From: Chrysomallon squamiferum
Lineage: Eukaryota > Animalia > Mollusca
Direction: 5' to 3'
DNA: 64,000 nucleotides
Assembly (NCBI GenBank): GCA_012295275.1
Contig: CM022670.1
Location: forward strand, 11,966,001-12,030,000
Numbering within the stretch: the first letter of the stretch is position 1; each line of letters opens with the position of its first letter. This document shows, one piece after another, positions 45,088 through 59,912 of the stretch. A model generated the notes under the pieces. It was not told where the DNA came from. It saw only the letters and a program-made list of their open reading frames with translations, and did not search any database. Made by a program: the position numbers and the translations under genes.

Positions 45088-47432
45088 TAAAATCATAAAC
45101 TTTTTAAAACACTTATCTTTTTCAAACTACATAAAAATAAATAAATAAATAAAGTATTTGTGAACCTTTTTCAAAAATATATATATATTTGGAACATTTG
45201 TTTTACTTTAGAAAATACACAAAACGTTAATTATTATGACTTTCATTTTATGAAAATGTTAATTTTTTTTGTCACTGCTACCCTTTATTTATAAAGCATT
45301 CAGTAAAATTAATTTTGTATTTAACATCATACCAGTGACTGTTGTGTGCAGAAATGTTATCTTTATTTTGAAATGATGTAGTTCTGTATCAACCAAACAT
45401 CCATTTTGTCAAAAGATACTTCTCTTCCAAATTTGCCTGTTTTGCTATTAAGACATAATTATTTATATATATATATATTGTAATGCAAGTTATTATTTAT
45501 AGCAAATTTATGGATGAGGATGCAAGTAAACTGACATTTTCTCTTTTTTTTGTGACTAATTTCGTATTGAGAATGACAAAAATTCCTGATAGCATAAGGA
45601 TACTACATATTAGACAGTAAATGCTTATTTTTCCTAAGAAATTTTGCTTCCTGTGTTATATGGCAATATGGCAAATATGTACACATACTGGCCAAGTTTA
45701 AATATATTCAAATAAGAACTTTGTCTCTCTGTTGGTTTCTGGAAGCAGAATGGCAGATTTATGGTTTGACATTTTGTGGAAAAATAAAACTAGTTTCTCG
45801 CTAGCAAAAAGCAAATAAATAAATAAATAAAACACACACTGTTTGTACCACTAAAAGTTCAATTTAAATAAGGGATATATATATATATGTTTTTTTTTAA
45901 TCAACAAAATGAAAAGAAAGAGCAGATTAAAAAAGAATACTTGTATTTATTTATTTATTTATTCCATTTTAAATGCCATAAAATCTGTGACCTGTTTTGT
46001 TACTGTCAGTTTTATCTACATTTTATTGTGAATCATTCTGTATTCTTTCGTGTAGCAGTTCTTACAAAAAAATAACATTCCTTATTCAGAATTGCATTCA
46101 TTTGAAACAAGTCTGTGTCTGTGACCAAAGAGAATAATGCAAAATAAGAGTAAAATGCACATGAATTAGATTTTACATAGTTACCCACTAGACTGTGGTT
46201 TGTGTCTGACATAATTCGAACAGATAATCCTGTTAAACTTAATCACACAATAAATATTATAATAAATATCTGGAAAGACAGTGTTGATAATTGTTACATG
46301 ACATCTGTGATAATTTTTTATGTTAATGTGTTAGTTTGTTACTGTGCGTTTTTGCTATACAAATTCACTTTGTTGAGAAACTGTTTTTACTGATATATTT
46401 TTACTGTTTTACTTGTAACAGATTTATAGTGATTTTTATATCGTATATTAGATATACATATATCTATATATATAAATATACATAAAATAATAATGTACTG
46501 ACATTGCCAAAAATATATAAAAAAATGTTTTACATGCAAAATCTGGAAAACAAGTTTTCCTGAACAAAAACTACCTTTTTCTTTTTCATCTCTTTGAGTT
46601 AATATTTATTTTTAAACATATTTTTTTATATTTATTGGCTTCAATTTCACCATTACTCAATCCATTTTATTCAATTTCATGCTGGAGATTTCGTAACTGT
46701 TAATTAAAAATGAATATTTTATACAATGTACACAGAGAAAAAGAGTAATTAAAAAAAAAAAAAATAAACTGTTGTTTAATTGATAAACTGTACATTGTAA
46801 TAGGATTTAATCACATTATACTATAACTGAATAAAGAAAGAAAGACATTTGTTAATTGTTATGTTAATAGTCTGAAGTGTTTTGATTTCAATGTATTAGT
46901 TTTGTTATTGTATGTTTTTTGTTTTACAAAGTATTACTGTTGAAAAACAATGTTTTATTGATATATATTTATATTTTTTATGTTCTGTTGGTAATAAATG
47001 TATAATAATGTTTCTATTGTATATAAAATTAATAGTAATAAAGTGATATTTCCAAAAAAACAATAAAATAAAATGAAATACTGTTGTTTTTGTTTATGCT
47101 GAATGAATGCCAGTGATTTCCAAACACAAACTTGTTAGAATAAAATTATTTTCATTTTTTATTTCATTTTCGTTTTTTTTTTTTTTTCCTCCACCTTCCT
47201 TTTTTAATAAAGGTCTTTTTTATATATTACTTTCAATTTCTCTACTAAATACAATTAACCAAATAATTAAATAAATAATCTTTATTTACCTAATGTATTT
47301 GAATCTCAGTTTATAGTGACAGAGCAGAAAATTCATTTTTCAAAAAGCCTGTGTTTTTATTTATAAAAACAAGCATTCGGGTAATATATTACCTACTAAC
47401 AAAAATGTTTTTACTTTTTATTTATTCATTTA

Positions 47433-47543
<111 letters not shown>

Positions 47544-48492
47544 CATGTTTTGATATTGTGTAATTTAAACTGTAGGTAACTTGAATTATCTGAATTTTTT
47601 CCCCGATATCTCGCTTATATACATTTACCCATGGACTCTGATAGAAACAGTAGTCATAAAGAGGTAATGGAGATGTTATAGTCAAATAACCACGTTAATA
47701 TATTCATTGTTAACGTAGGACCATGGTTGGCTGCACGGCTAGTCCTGTACTGTCTTTTATTCCTATAAATAGTTAATATAACAAGTCATGTAGCAGACGT
47801 TTTCAAAACTTTTTAAAATTATTTTTTTAATAACGTCCTTTACTATAGAACCTATGAGTTCATCTAAAGAGAGTCAAAACGAGGCATACAAACCAAGTAA
47901 AATTTTCACCATGTGTTTGAAGGATATCGCAAAACAGGTACACCGTTTTCAGCTCTTCTGAATTAAACTCGACTGCTATATCAGTTACGTATCAATTTTT
48001 TTTTTTTTTTTTTTTTTTAAATAATAAATAAATTAAGCATTCAACGGGTTGCCAAATCAAAATTAATTAAGAAAGGATTTATTTTATTTATTTATTTTTT
48101 TGACTGTAATTGTATAGTAACAGAAATAATTATGATATGAATCACATACGCCTAACCGTGTTGAATTGCCCATGTTAACGATCTTTGACTTTTCCCACGT
48201 ACATTTCGAACCGATATTTATTTATTTATTTATTGTGTAGTGTTGTTGTCGTTATTATTATTATTATTATTATTATTAACTGTTATCAGTTGCCAAATAA
48301 TAAAATTAGACAAAAAACACAGCCGCCATTTAACAGACAACGTGTGTCAACTAGAACAATATTCGTTTATTTCTGTCTTCGCTCGGAAACAAAATACCAG
48401 GTTTTAATCATTCTTAAAATAAGAAGAACCTTTTTCGAGAAGTGAGCCGCATGAGACATGACTCATATCTTAAAAAATAAATAAATATACAA

Positions 48493-48538
<46 letters not shown>

Positions 48539-49279
48539 TAAAATAAAATTTAATAAACGTTTTTTCCTCGTGTAACTAGGCGGGCAGTAGTTTGCCGACG
48601 ACCGATTTAAAATTTAGTGTTTAAAATGGTTATATCGTCAGTATATTGAAGTTAACTGTTACTAAAACAACGTGACACATTAATACATGTAGTATTCTAC
48701 ACGTCATGAAACCATATTACGTAGCTCCACAGTCACGCCATCTTCTGTATAGAAATGCACTATGAAAATCAATTTAAACTGATGCGTAAAGTTTATAAAA
48801 GCATCAGACAACGAAATAAAAACAGAAGTAACTGATATGCTTTATATGGTGCACTGAAGCGATGGAAGCAGGATTCGATAGGCATGGAAACCTAAAGTTC
48901 ACAATAACCAAAGATTTAATTAATTAAATAAATAAATAAATAAATAAATAATAATAATAATGTTGTGTTTCGGCTTTCACATATGTATGTATCCTTTTTT
49001 TCATCACTCAGGTAGGATCTTTTCTATAAACAAGACAGGATTCGCCCTGTAGTCATCATTGAAATATTTATTTAGCACCCGTTACGTCTTATCTCCTGCA
49101 ATCACGCATAAAACACTCACATAAGCAAAATATTACTATGTTGTTGTTTTTTTTTTTGTTTAAAAAAAAAAAAAAAGAATAATGATAATAATAAAAAAGT
49201 CTTTACAAAAAAAGATTTTAAAAAAAAAGGAGAACTGTTTCTTTCATACAGCTATTATAGTTACACAAAACCTGACTAT

Positions 49280-49319
<40 letters not shown>

Positions 49320-49594
49320 GAGTAACAACAAACACAATTCTTACAATCTCTTATCTCTCTGACATTCACATTTACATTCATACAACAATTCACACCGTCT
49401 GTTATTCATACTAATGACTGAAACCCAGTTCAAATCATATAACGAAAACAAATGATATAAAAAAACAAAAACAAAAACAACGACGTATACAAACCTACAC
49501 AACACCACAAACACTGGAGAAGAACAGAACAAATAAATTACTGCGTAACTTCATCTCAAATAAATCTTATCTACACTGATTACAAACTAGTGTT

Positions 49595-49800
49595 CGTTAC
49601 GTCGCCGGGACCAATGGGCTTCGAAGACAGGACTACACCAGCGCGCACTTATTGTCTGCGCGCAGAGTTAATCCGCCCTTTCGTCGAGTACTTCATTAAC
49701 TCGCAGCGTAAAGCCAACTTCGCACACAGTCTATTGTTAGCGGCTTTTCTCCGGCCAGTTCAAGCGTTACCTCCCGGTCACATGATCAAAGAGGCGTGTG
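49595..49800 (+). promoter_or_regulatory. GC/CpG-rich putative promoter of the 50237 gene
   Basis: Local GC island with CCAAT (49611-49615), GGACTACA, palindromic TGCGCGCA (NRF1-like) and GC box ATCCGCCC, 450-650 bp upstream of the ATG. Confidence 0.45.
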
Positions 49801-50236
49801 ACATTTATTGACTGGTATATATACATTTTTTTTCCCACTTCTTTTTTTTTTTTTTTTTTTAAACTGTAAGAGTATAAATATTATATCCTGCAGTGTGTAA
49901 GTAAGCGTGTGGCTTGCCGTGTGAGGTAATCTAGACAGGAGAAAGCCAGTAAACGAACAGGTTTAGTACTGGGAAACATTAAGAAAAGATATTACAACAA
50001 CAAAATATGAATGAGTTCGTGTAAACATTTAGCTCTTTAGTTTGACTAAGTGGTCAATGCTTCTAATATTTGGAAAGTCACTTGAAGGTGTCTGAACTAC
50101 AAACAACTGTTTATACGAGACTTTAAAAAAAGAAAAGAAGAAAAAACAAGACGAGAGAACGTTATTACAGTCAATTATTAATTTATAAGTGGATTATTGT
50201 TTATCTGGATTATTATAATCTGTGATCTGTGATATA

Positions 50237-51415
50237 ATGAAATTTTCTCTTAATGACAATGAAGCGGATTCCAGAAGACGGGCTCAGAGTGCAAGGTCAG
50301 GAAGAGGTGGAGGTTTGACTCAGCGAAACAAGCAGTTCAGAGGTAAATCTGCTCCCTTTCATTCACATCCCTTCCAGCCGGCGAAAAAGACGACCATGCC
50401 CACGACGTCTTACAAAAAACCCGTCACCGTCATCAAAGAGAAAGACCAAGGCATCATCGTCGTTACAGATCACGGAGACCTCAACGGCAACAACCGGCTA
50501 CGGTTAACATCTGAAAGCAGCTCCGTGTCTGTTAAATGCAAAGCATCTTCAGCGGAGTCCAAAAATACTTTATCACCTTCTGCCGCGCTGACCAGACCGT
50601 GTGATGGTCAAGCCAAGAAATCTTCACCTGTGGTCAGACGGTCTCCCAAAGAAGTGAGAAAACGATCCGAGAGCGTGACGTCTGACTCTATAGAATGCTC
50701 AAAGACCGCGGCTCAGAAGTCGACCGCGTGGGATGCGTTCGACGAGCATGTTAAGAACATTAACGATTCTTCGGACTACTACACGAAACAGCAGAAGATT
50801 TCATTCAAGGCCAGCGACACGTTTCAGAAAACCATGCTAGACCTGTACGGCAAACCCGAGTACGGCAAGACCAAAGGGCTGTCCAAATTCCGTGCCAAAG
50901 TGGGCACCATAACGTCACTGGCGTATCGTTTTTCCAAGGCGTGCAACAGGAACGCGGAGAACGGCGATTCCGAAGAACAGAGCGACTGCGAGACTCCCGA
51001 CTTGAAAACGGTAGAGAATGCTCGGAGAGGATGGAGGATTCTGAGGCGGTACGTCCAGGATCAGATCGCGCAAAAGAAAGGCAGCGCCGCCTCACTGAAC
51101 TGGTCAGTGTTGCAGCAGACGATGCGCGGGATGAGCGACATGGAGAAAACAAGGATTGATCTTTACAAACGCTATGGAATCATTCCCACGGTGAACAGTG
51201 ACGGGACGGTAGTGCAAGAAAACACGATGCTAAGCGAACGCGCGCGTGCTCAGTTGCTGAACGCGTCGAAAAACAGCGTGCTGTCCGGTCCTGTTCCTCT
51301 GCGTCGTGTTCACTCGCACGGACCGCCATCTTGGAATTTAAGAAGCAGTTACCAAAACGTTTCGAAAACAGAATCATATAAAAAAAGACGACCGAAAAGT
51401 TCGCAAAATCCATAA
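50237..51415 (+). CDS. Uncharacterised basic Ser/Arg/Lys-rich protein (392 aa), intronless CDS
   Basis: 1.18-kb open frame with GC and CpG content far above the flanks and non-repetitive amino-acid sequence; first ATG at 50237 (ORF track starts at GTG 50222); AATAAA at about 51636 and 51775. No family recognised. Confidence 0.85.
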   Translation: MKFSLNDNEADSRRRAQSARSGRGGGLTQRNKQFRGKSAPFHSHPFQPAKKTTMPTTSYKKPVTVIKEKDQGIIVVTDHGDLNGNNRLRLTSESSSVSVKCKASSAESKNTLSPSAALTRPCDGQAKKSSPVVRRSPKEVRKRSESVTSDSIECSKTAAQKSTAWDAFDEHVKNINDSSDYYTKQQKISFKASDTFQKTMLDLYGKPEYGKTKGLSKFRAKVGTITSLAYRFSKACNRNAENGDSEEQSDCETPDLKTVENARRGWRILRRYVQDQIAQKKGSAASLNWSVLQQTMRGMSDMEKTRIDLYKRYGIIPTVNSDGTVVQENTMLSERARAQLLNASKNSVLSGPVPLRRVHSHGPPSWNLRSSYQNVSKTESYKKRRPKSSQNP

Positions 51416-52636
51416 TCGAATTTGTTGTACATGTCTGACTTGTGTATTGTTATCGCTCTGGATTTGTAAAATATATCATAAACAAAGGTACTGTATTTCA
51501 TTTTTAAATCACCTTTAGTACTTTTTAAATTTAAATACGTTTTGTAACAAAATGTCAGTTGAAAACGAAAAAAAGACATATACTGCCAACCTCTGTGTAT
51601 CTGATATTATGTCATCTACGTCATTATTATTATTAAATAAAACAAAATAATAATGATCAAATACTTTTTCTTTTCTAGAGATATGTTTACACAAACAACA
51701 TAGGTAATTTTAACAAAAAATCTCAAAAAATTCTTTATACTTATTTTTATTTACTTTGAGTGTCTGTAACCATTAATAAAATAATGGTGTCACAAAATAT
51801 TTGATTGCACCATTTTACCATTTTATCTGTGTAACGTGGACTGGTATCTGTACTGTTTCCAACAACCCTTGAAGAAACGAAAGCAGACTGGTCTGCCTGT
51901 ACGCGATGACGTCACGATTACGCAGAAAATCTGCGAACCCTGGCGATTATTAAATTTCAGTATTAAACTACAGTGCGTTGTGAAACTTCGATATTAATTA
52001 AAACCTGAATAAAGTACATCTTGGAGATATGGAGATATACATTTAAACTATTTCTTTAAAGCATTTTAAGTTAAATGTTTTTCATATTACCGTGCTAGAA
52101 CAAGACACTCACTGTCGACACATTAAACTGCTGTTAGTGATTAGCTGCCAAGTTTCTAATACAATTTATAACAGACAGGAAAACACGTACCATGGTATTT
52201 GATATGCAAATAGTAGAAATGGAAGTAATGGAAAATCGGGCGACTCCAGTGAATATTCTTCTAACACAGAGCAACCGTATTCATACACTGACAACAACAA
52301 CATCAAAACCATAAATTGCAATATTTATTTATTTATTTAGTTACTTAGTTATTTATGTTAATATAAAAAAAATATATCGTACATGCCACCAGGATCAAAT
52401 TTTCAAAGTATTTATCCACGTTTATCCCAAAGTGGATTATTTTAGGCTAATCCGAATATTCGCATATGCTGGCACATTTCTGATTCCAGTAACGGCGCCT
52501 GGGAGATTAAACACGTCAAAAATCAAAACGACTGACCACCGTGCGTTAACTACGAACTACATGCAATGAACAGATTACCTTATTATTAATTTGTATTTCG
52601 TATTTTAAAATTTCACATGATTTTCTGAAGGCAGCC

Positions 52637-52718
<82 letters not shown>

Positions 52719-52770
52719 ATATTTGTGTATATGTATGTGTATGTATATGTGTATGTGTGTGTATGTATAT
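52637..52770. repeat. Compound (TG)n/(TA)n microsatellite
   Basis: Alternating purine-pyrimidine tract. Confidence 0.9.
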
Positions 52771-53109
52771 TACACCTACACGCACACATGAAAACAATAT
52801 ACCATTGCTTCATATCACTTCATATACATACGTACACCGTGCCATATAATTCGACATAAATAAAATATATACAAATTTAATTCTTTTAATGGGAGCCTTT
52901 AGGAATGTGTTAGTCACATGGATTTAAAATTAAACAATTAAAGAAAGTTCACTTTAAGAATGTATTGGAGGTAATATACCTGACAGTACGATTCAACAAA
53001 TGGATGAAACTCATTGTGAAATAATGAAGGAGAAGACAATATTATTCTTAACAAAACTAAGGGTCATCACTTTAAAAATATTTTAGCACACACACACACA
53101 CACACACAC

Positions 53110-53142
<33 letters not shown>

Positions 53143-53409
53143 CAAACACACGTTAAAAAGAGACAGGGAAAGAATAAAACAGATAAATATGTATTTATGA
53201 TAAGAGAGAGAGAGCGTGTGTGTCTGTCACAGAGTGTGTTTATGATATGGATAAATGGAAGAAAAGAAAAGAAAACAGATGATAGTGACATAAAAAAATA
53301 GAGGAAGATTTAAAAAATGGCCGAAAAAGACAAACAGCTCAGTTCTGGGTTCAAAATCATTTTATAAAAAGATATTTTAACAAAACATTAAAAAAAAAAA
53401 AAAAAAATT

Positions 53410-53473
<64 letters not shown>

Positions 53474-53985
53474 AAAAGGTAAAAAAACAGAGTCTGTCAA
53501 CAGTATTAATTTCAGGTGAAAAGTGCATTAAAGTTTTGAAGTTACAAACTTTAATCTTTAGGTTTTCAGTTCAGCTCATTTACTGGCTAAATTGTTACGT
53601 ATGTTTGCCAAAAACATGACATTTTAACAGAACGCAGCTAGCTTTATATGGCATTTTTGCAAATTATTATTATTTTGTTACGCAATATTTACATTTGTTC
53701 TTTAGTTATTATTAGTATTAGAATTATTATAGTAATAGTAGTTGTGGTAAAAATAATATTAGTAGCAGCAGTAATAACAGTACTAATATTAGCTGTAATA
53801 GTAGTAGTAACAGTAACAGTAGTAGTAGTTGCAGTAGTAATAGAAGAAGTAGAAGCAACTGTAGTAGTAGTAGCAGCAGTAGTAGTAGCATGTTTTTGAA
53901 TCAACACTAAACAAAAGCTATCGCGTGACAAACATTATATTATTCTATACTGTAGTAGCAGTAATAGTAGTAGTAGTAGTAGTTA

Positions 53986-54090
53986 CAGCAGCAGTAGTAG
54001 TAATGGTAAGAGCAGCCCCGTACTAGATGTTTTTCAGCAGCAGTAGTAGTAATGGTAAGAGCAGCCCCGTACTAGATGTTTTTCAGCAGC
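53986..54090. repeat. Perfect 49-bp tandem duplication within a (TAG)n-rich region
   Basis: CAGCAGCAGTAGTAGTAATGGTAAGAGCAGCCCCGTACTAGATGTTTTT at 53986 and 54035, plus partial third start at 54084. Confidence 0.9.
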
Positions 54091-55365
54091 TGTTGTTCCA
54101 TTTGTAGTTAAAGTAGCTGTATAACAACACTCATAATAGCTGTATTTATAATAATATCATTAATAACAACAATATAAATAATAACATAATAACCATGTCA
54201 GTAACAAAAAAACAATAACATAACCGTAATGTTTTCTTGATTACTTAAACGTTACTTCTGCTCTACGGTGGAAAAAAACATTTTAATACATTTATATTAC
54301 TGTGCTTTACAGCTCGATAAACAAGAACCGCCAAATATCTCGAAGTATTATTATTATTTTTGTATTTTTTCTTTTTTTCTCAAGTGGCCAGCGCTAGTGA
54401 CCCATAAAGTGACCAGAACTAACATGTACATAAATATTAGTAGGTAGTAAAAGTAAGTGGTTACGCCTTCTTCAGTAATTTGACCGCCAAACAAAAACCG
54501 GTTGTATGCCGTAAATAGAAGCACAAGATTTTTTTTTTTTCTTCTTTTTACAGGATTGTAAATTTATATACGACTGAGCTCAGTTTTATGCGAAGTAAAC
54601 AAGTGAAGGTATTAGAACGATACATTATGCTTGTTTTATTTATTTCTGCTAATAAATTACAGTGACGGTAACTGAGGAGGTTCATATCGCACTCGTTTTT
54701 TTTCGGGACATCACCGTGTTGCTGTGTGACAGGCTGGTTAAAAACGTGTGGTTTGCCTGCCAACAGTTAGTTAGCTCACTGATAACGAGTGCATTCAAAG
54801 AAGAAGAGTGAACACACCTTATTTACATTCGGAGATGATCAGTGAACAAAAATCATAAAAATGAAAATAAAAGGTTTATTATGCACGAGTTACGTAGAAT
54901 GTAAAATACTGTAATCGTTACGAGACCGACAGACGTACAGAAAAACAGATAAATGGATGTGCGAACATAGATACATAAACAAATACATGTAAAAAATACC
55001 CAGTAAGAATATAATATTCTGTTCGGAATGATTGTTTTATATAATACTGGATTCAAACCTCTGAATGAAGTGTGATAGAGAATATAGTGTGCCTTGTTAC
55101 TTACGACTGTTTTAATATAAAACTGAAGTCAAACCTTTGTAAATTATAAAGTATGATAAACAATTTTCATTTTCACTTGGGTACTCATGATGTCCCATTT
55201 TATATACAAATGTAAACAATATCTGATAACTTATTGTTTTTATTACATTTTTGGGTGTGTATGTGGGGGGTTGGGGTTTTTAATTCTTCGTTACTTTTGT
55301 TGTTTTTGTTGTCTTCATTATTATTATTATTACTATCACAAAGAACAGTAGAGGTATTAGCAGAA

Positions 55366-55404
<39 letters not shown>

Positions 55405-57170
55405 CTGTAATGATAAGAGCAGTCTCGTACTAATGGTTTTTCGTACTCGTATTCTTAACACCCACAAAAATAAACTCCATTTATAGAGAAGTATTTAAAT
55501 ATAAAAGAAAAACGGAATAAATAATTATACATATAAATTTGTTGTTGAAATCTGCGACGTTTAGTTTTATTAGTAAAATCACCTTCGCACTATCACTGCA
55601 GAATGAGTTTCTTTCATCTCCCGTGTTAACGCGTCACACTGACAGGTGCGTTACCTCCAAGTGTTTAAATACTTAAAATTAGCTTTTGAACTCTATTTTA
55701 GTTTTTAAAATTTTAATTTTATATGACTAAGACAGTTTTAAAGCCAGTGGAAACATACATGCAGGTATTTATGTATGCATACATACATATACATATATAT
55801 TTATGTGTGTGTGTACATACATACATACATACATGCAGGTATTTATGTATATACGTGTGTGTGTGGATGTATTTATGAACGAATGTATGTATCTATGTAT
55901 CATGTCTGTATGCATGTATGTACGTATGTATAAAACATAACAATGATATTATTACAAAGATCATTAAGTGATTATTATCAGTAAGACAGAAACTGAATTT
56001 GTGTAGAGCTAAAACGTGTTGTTTTCTCATTTTGGACTGCTCCTAATATTATTTATTACAATGGATATTTTATCGAATTATTCTTACAACGATTAGTCTT
56101 TATTGTAAAATGCCACATTGTTCCTTACGTACAGTTATGCTGAAGTTACTTATCTTATAGCTGTTGCCCTTTTCACACGTTTGTCTACACTGAAGAAAGA
56201 AAGAAAGAAATTGCAGGTGGAGTCTCTGTTCGGCAGCCAATAAAAGCGAAGATAAACAGATTTGTGGTCAATGCGTCGAATATAAACATTTTAGTTTTTT
56301 CTCTCAGTTTGACTGTCTAGTACGTATACAGAATGAACAGTTCCAGCCTACTGTAACTGGTTTCACCACGTGTTGAACAGTGCATAAGTACGCGAGACAA
56401 CCATGGTTCTAGAATTTATCAGTGAAACAAAGAGAACATTTTTTTTAAAAACGAATTCATAATATTCAAATTAACATTACTTCTTTGTAATAAAAATAAG
56501 GTGTTATTTTTATATATTATTATTATTATTTTTTTTTTTTAGGTCTTGGAATTATATTTTTTTTACTGTCACATAAGTATAACGTTTATTATAGTTGTAT
56601 CATAGTGACGAAAGACAGCCGAAAAAAAAAAAAAAAAAAAAAAAGATGCATCTTATATATTTTGAACCAGTAAAGAAATTGGCGAAAAATGATGTTAATA
56701 ATTTAAAATACATAAATTGAATAGCTCCTACAATGTTCTTTCCAATATAAATATCATTTGTGTCTGAATAATTTGTTACTGCCATGGTAAACACAAGGTG
56801 CTAATTACCCTTTATATTGTCACGTAACAAGTGACAAGTCTGACGACACGTTAGACAGACCAGAGAAAGGACGCGGACCGGACCCGTTTGTTGAAACACG
56901 GACTTCCCGCACCGTTAAGCAGAATAGTGAATGTTTGTTGCATTGCACCTTGAATAGCTGATAATTTCTTTAGGCAGTGTCCAGTGGACAACAAAACAAA
57001 TTCAAGTATAATCCACCTGCCGCAGTTCTAGTGTAATTAATACATACTTGTTGTGATTCTAACAGACACAATACTTGCAAATTATTTTTTCTAATTATTA
57101 TTTATTTCTTATTAGTGTATATCTTTGATGGCATTGATAAACACACAATTCCACCCACACATTACACATG

Positions 57171-57273
57171 CATACATACATACATACATACATACATACA
57201 TACATACATACATACATACATACATACATACATACATACATACATACATACATACATACATACATACATACAT
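57171..57273. repeat. (ATAC)n tetranucleotide microsatellite
   Basis: Uninterrupted CATA run. Confidence 0.95.
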
Positions 57274-58963
57274 AGTTACATACATACACACCCACATGCA
57301 TACGTACATATAATATACAAACACTTGGTTATATTTTAAAATTACTTGAAAAGGATGGGACAGTTATTTTAAGATAAAATTTGACTCATCATCAAGAAAA
57401 CAATAAATAAAAGTAAGAAATTGGACACCTTTAATTCATTTGACTTTTGCTATTTTCGGCTGTATGATTAGCTATCAACATTGTGGTTCCAAACTGCTGT
57501 GTCTTTCGAAGAATTCAGTACAGAATTCGGGCTAACAAGTAACAAGCTCTTCAGCTATTAATATCTCATTCAAAAATTTCAGAGACTTTTACAGCACATA
57601 TCAGTATATAAAATTTAATGTGTTCAGCACAGATCATCAGGTGACTGACTGACTGTTCCATTAATTCTACAGGGGTTTGTTTAATTAGTTTCCCTAAGCT
57701 GACTGCATAAGAAATGAATGGGACGTGTAACAAATGGGAGACAACCATTGTAGTAGACTGAATTCAGTAACGTCACTTATTTATACGAATGCTTTTACCA
57801 ACAACTAACCGCTTCACCAGCTATTAGCAGTTAATAAACGATAACAGATAAACCTGATCCGAGATCGTAAGACTATATCCAATAAATTATTTTTATAACT
57901 CGCCAGTTAACAAAATTATAGTGAACTGTCTATAAATTGTAAAAAAAATAAAAAAATAAAATAAAATAAAATAAATTAAAAAAAAATAAAGAATTTTTAT
58001 TTTAGGGATAATATTTATGACTATCCAGAGTCCTTCTATGGAAGTAAAGTGGAGGAATTACGCTCAGTTTATCTAAGGGCGTGAACTTAAGCAATAAAAG
58101 TGCAATTATTTTTGAAATAAAAGAAAATATATAACCTACTGAAAACGTTCGTCGTAAACAAGCTCACATCAGCGGGACAGGCTGAGACAGGAATGCTCAA
58201 TGTTTTCAGTACTAGTGCTGTAAATACCATCACTCTTTGTAGATGAAAGAGCTATTTTGTGAAAGGAAATTTAGGGAGATGAGGATAAGAAAAATGCAGA
58301 AAAGAAAAGAAATCTTTATATTTAATTAATTATAATGGTGGGTTTTTCAGCTTTTCTTAAATATAATACTAAAAAGACAACAGAAAATAATAATAATAAT
58401 AATATCAACAGAAAAAGCAAGACAAGAATCAGCTCAGTGCACAAAATAATAATGATCACGATGTTAATTAAGCTGGCAAATGTATTGCTATTTTCTTGTT
58501 TCTTGATGATTATATTTTTTATATTATTATTATTATAATTGCAATTATTACACAAACGACAGCTTGTCCAAATGATTGCTATATAGACAATGACCTATAT
58601 TCATACTGTTGTTAAGTCAAGAATGCTTGATCCCATGTTATGCTATTATGCAATATTTCTTGAGTGTCGGCAAAGTACTGATCATAAAAAATCGGAACGA
58701 GGACATGGTTATGACAGATAAAGTTATGTTCACACGAACTCATTTTTGATAACACTGAATAAGGGCAGCAAATAATGTTAACTAAACAGGCACAAAACAA
58801 TAAAATAAAATAAAATAAAATAAAATAAACTTGACCCCCTTTGATGTACTCACTAATCATGTGCGCAGTTTTAATTGACTACAGGTGTTAAAAGATATTA
58901 TTTTTTATTTATTTATTTATAAGAAAACAACAGTAATAGCAGTAATATTACGAACATTTGAAC

Positions 58964-58966
<3 letters not shown>

Positions 58967-59032
<66 letters not shown>
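58967..59032. repeat. (TC)n microsatellite
   Basis: Uninterrupted TC run. Confidence 0.95.
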
Positions 59033-59036
<4 letters not shown>

Positions 59037-59112
59037 AATACCTAATCATTTATATTCATACATCTTTTCAGAACTACTTTAGATAAAACGAATTCTGTAC
59101 ACCAATACATAC

Positions 59113-59143
<31 letters not shown>

Positions 59144-59469
59144 AAATAAAAAAATAGGGAAAGACAGATATTTACTTTCACTGTTTATAAGAGTAATTAT
59201 ATATATTCTGTGGTATTAACATTCCATTTTAATTTGTGATATTTTAGGTCAAAATGTGAAGTTACTGGCATTAATACATGTCTGTCTTATCTTAATGTTT
59301 TATCGCTACTGTTGTCAGTGATTTCATTTATTTCGTAAGCTGTGTGATGAATGTATACTGATCGTGGATTGTGGATATGTGCTTTTTTGCATGAGACTTT
59401 GTTCAGGTGTACTTTTGTATTTATGTCTTTGATATATTTATATGTGTATAATTTAATTACTATGAAAAA

Positions 59470-59663
59470 CAAAATAACGAAAACAGCAACAACTACAACA
59501 AAAACAATAACAGTAATAGTAGAATTAGAAGTAGTAACAACAACAGTAATAATAATAATAATAATAATACATGTAATAACAATAATAATAACAGTAGTAG
59601 TAGTAGTAATAGTAGTAGTAGTAGTAATAGTAGTAGTAGTAGAAATAATAGTAGTAGTACCTA

Positions 59664-59695
<32 letters not shown>

Positions 59696-59696
59696 T
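59470..59696. repeat. Degenerate (TAG/TAA/CAA)n trinucleotide low-complexity tract
   Basis: Mixed AGT/AAT/AAC triplets; similar tracts at about 53700-53890, 55365-55405, 62370-62940 and 63940-64000. Confidence 0.85.
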
Positions 59697-59854
59697 ATAA
59701 AATATAAAACAAATCAAAATATTAATTAACATAAACAAACAAAAAAGCTTAGCAATACTAATAATATAAAAAGACAAATTTATTCATTCATGGAGAATTA
59801 GTATGAATAAGATTATATCTGTTAGAAATCTTTTGTTAATTTTAACCCAGTTTA

Positions 59855-59912
<58 letters not shown>

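Noticed and set aside
53390-53487. Long poly(A) tract as retrotransposon tail
   Set aside because: No element body or target-site duplication visible; A-runs are ubiquitous in this window.
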